64,000 nt of DNA, taken from NCBI RefSeq assembly GCF_035594765.1, contig NC_085842.1:19506782-19570781 (forward strand). The letters are read 5' to 3'. A program made the position numbers and the translations under genes. The notes beneath the pieces are model-generated. The model was not told where the DNA came from. It saw only the letters and a program-made list of their open reading frames with translations, and made no database searches. This document shows, piece by piece, positions 62,883-64,000 of the stretch. Position 1 is the first letter of the stretch. Each line of letters opens with the position of its first letter. Source of the stretch: Anolis carolinensis (lineage: Eukaryota).

Positions 62883-63244
62883 TGTCAGGCTCACTTCAAA
62901 GGACCAGTCTGAACGCAGATCAAAGATAGCTGCTCTCAAATCCAATCTTTATTGAAGAATACATGACTTTGGAAAAGTCGAGAATGACCTAATGTTTACA
63001 TACACTCAATTTTATCACTTCTGATTCAACGTAATACCACACGCAAATATCATCATCAAATCCCACCCCCTGGATCACATTACTACCATTCCCACACACT
63101 ATATCAATTATAATTGTTTATACTTTCGAGCCTGAGTTCCCAGGCTCATTTTATCTTCTCCCGCCAGGTGCTTGCAGGATTATTTATGTTATGAAGTCAG
63201 ATTCAGGGCTTGGAAATTCAGCCCTGGGATCTGGCTCCATGACA
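62883..63244 (-). repeat. 5' LTR (362 bp)
   Basis: TGTCA...TGACA termini; GATAAAA at 63016-63010, Inr-like TCATTCT with A at 62985, AATAAA at 62953-62948. Confidence 0.85.
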
Positions 63245-63544
63245 TTTAATGATAATAATTTTATTATTATGACCATAGACCAAGAGTGTAAAACATTAAA
63301 AACATTTTTTTTAAAAAAATGTTAACATTAAGACCAGAAATTTATAACATAAAATCAAAAAGTTCATACGCTTATAAAATCTGTGGGTATGAATAATAAA
63401 ATGATTATGTCTAAACTTTATCCACTGAAATCGTCCACAAACTCCACTAAATTTAGCTACTCTATAAGTAATTGATGGATCCCTATTATCTATAAGATGT
63501 TTTAGATAATATTCTTCATTCTTGCCAGAGATCTTTTGTACATT

Positions 63545-63970
63545 GTGGGGGACAAGAGACAGGGCTTTTTCGGTGGTGGCTGCATGGCTGTTGAACTCCT
63601 TGGCAAGGGAGATTAGGGAAGCCCCCTCACTGATGTCTTTTAGGAAGCAGCTGAAGACCTGGATGTGGGACCAAGCTTTTGGCCCATTCTAGGATATGAG
63701 TTGATATGACCTGATGGATTCTGTGGATTCATATGAAGTTGAATATGGACTGGCTCTGACTTTGGCTCAGTTCTACTGCCCCTGTTGTAATAGTCACAAG
63801 GGTTTTATTGTTTTAATTTGATCTGGATACCGGCTTTTAATTGTGTTTTATGTTTAGTTTTACTACATTTGTATTATATGTGGCATCTAATTCTGCCATT
63901 GTGTAAGACCACTCTGGGTCCCCCTGGGGGGAGAAGAGCAGTATATAAAATAAATAAATAAATAAATAAT
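63545..63970 (+). mobile_element. L2 LINE 3' end
   Basis: RDRAFSVVA..L.NSL.REIR...FRKQLKTW and (TAAA)n tail. Confidence 0.8.
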
Positions 63971-64000
63971 AAAAACAGATAAAATATCCTTATAGAAGTG

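Larger units (their letters stand above)
61066..63244 (-). mobile_element. Ty3/Gypsy LTR retrotransposon (Tf1/sushi-like), internally deleted
   Basis: 5' LTR, gag, start of protease, then the last 10 nt of the LTR (GAGCCTGACA); TTTAAT duplicated at 61060-61065 and 63245-63250. Confidence 0.88.

Noticed and set aside
62829-62945. N-terminal extension of the 625-aa ORF
   Set aside because: Starts at a non-ATG codon inside the LTR; the first ATG is at 62828.
63250-63545. Possible additional LINE 3' fragment on the minus strand
   Set aside because: Only weak peptide resemblance; family could not be assigned by eye.

Overview
Eukaryotic DNA. The repeats (Sauria-type SINEs, CR1, L2, Penelope, hAT/Tc1-pogo MITEs, Helitrons) point to a squamate, most likely an Anolis lizard. 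From left to right: (i) a divergent cystatin-family gene missed by the ORF track (exons 1654-1782 and 3706-3825, +); (ii) a zinc-finger cluster with gene A (+, SCAN-KRAB-10 C2H2, ~607 aa), gene B (-, 13 C2H2; SCAN exon absent, KRAB exon frameshifted, apparently re-initiating inside the dead KRAB exon) and gene C (-, SCAN-KRAB-12 C2H2, ~656 aa, an inverted paralog of A), plus the first exon/promoter of a probable fourth gene at ~58.4-58.6 kb (+); (iii) a Tf1/sushi-type Ty3/Gypsy element (61066-63244, -). That element has an intact 5' LTR, an 11-nt self-priming PBS and an uninterrupted Gag ORF, and is deleted from early protease to the last 10 nt of the 3' LTR. A phase-0 splice donor at the Gag/protease boundary is frame-compatible with the post-SCAN exons of gene C on the same strand. 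Several Penelope-derived minimal hammerhead ribozymes are also present. All calls were made by eye; repeat boundaries are approximate and no database searches were run.
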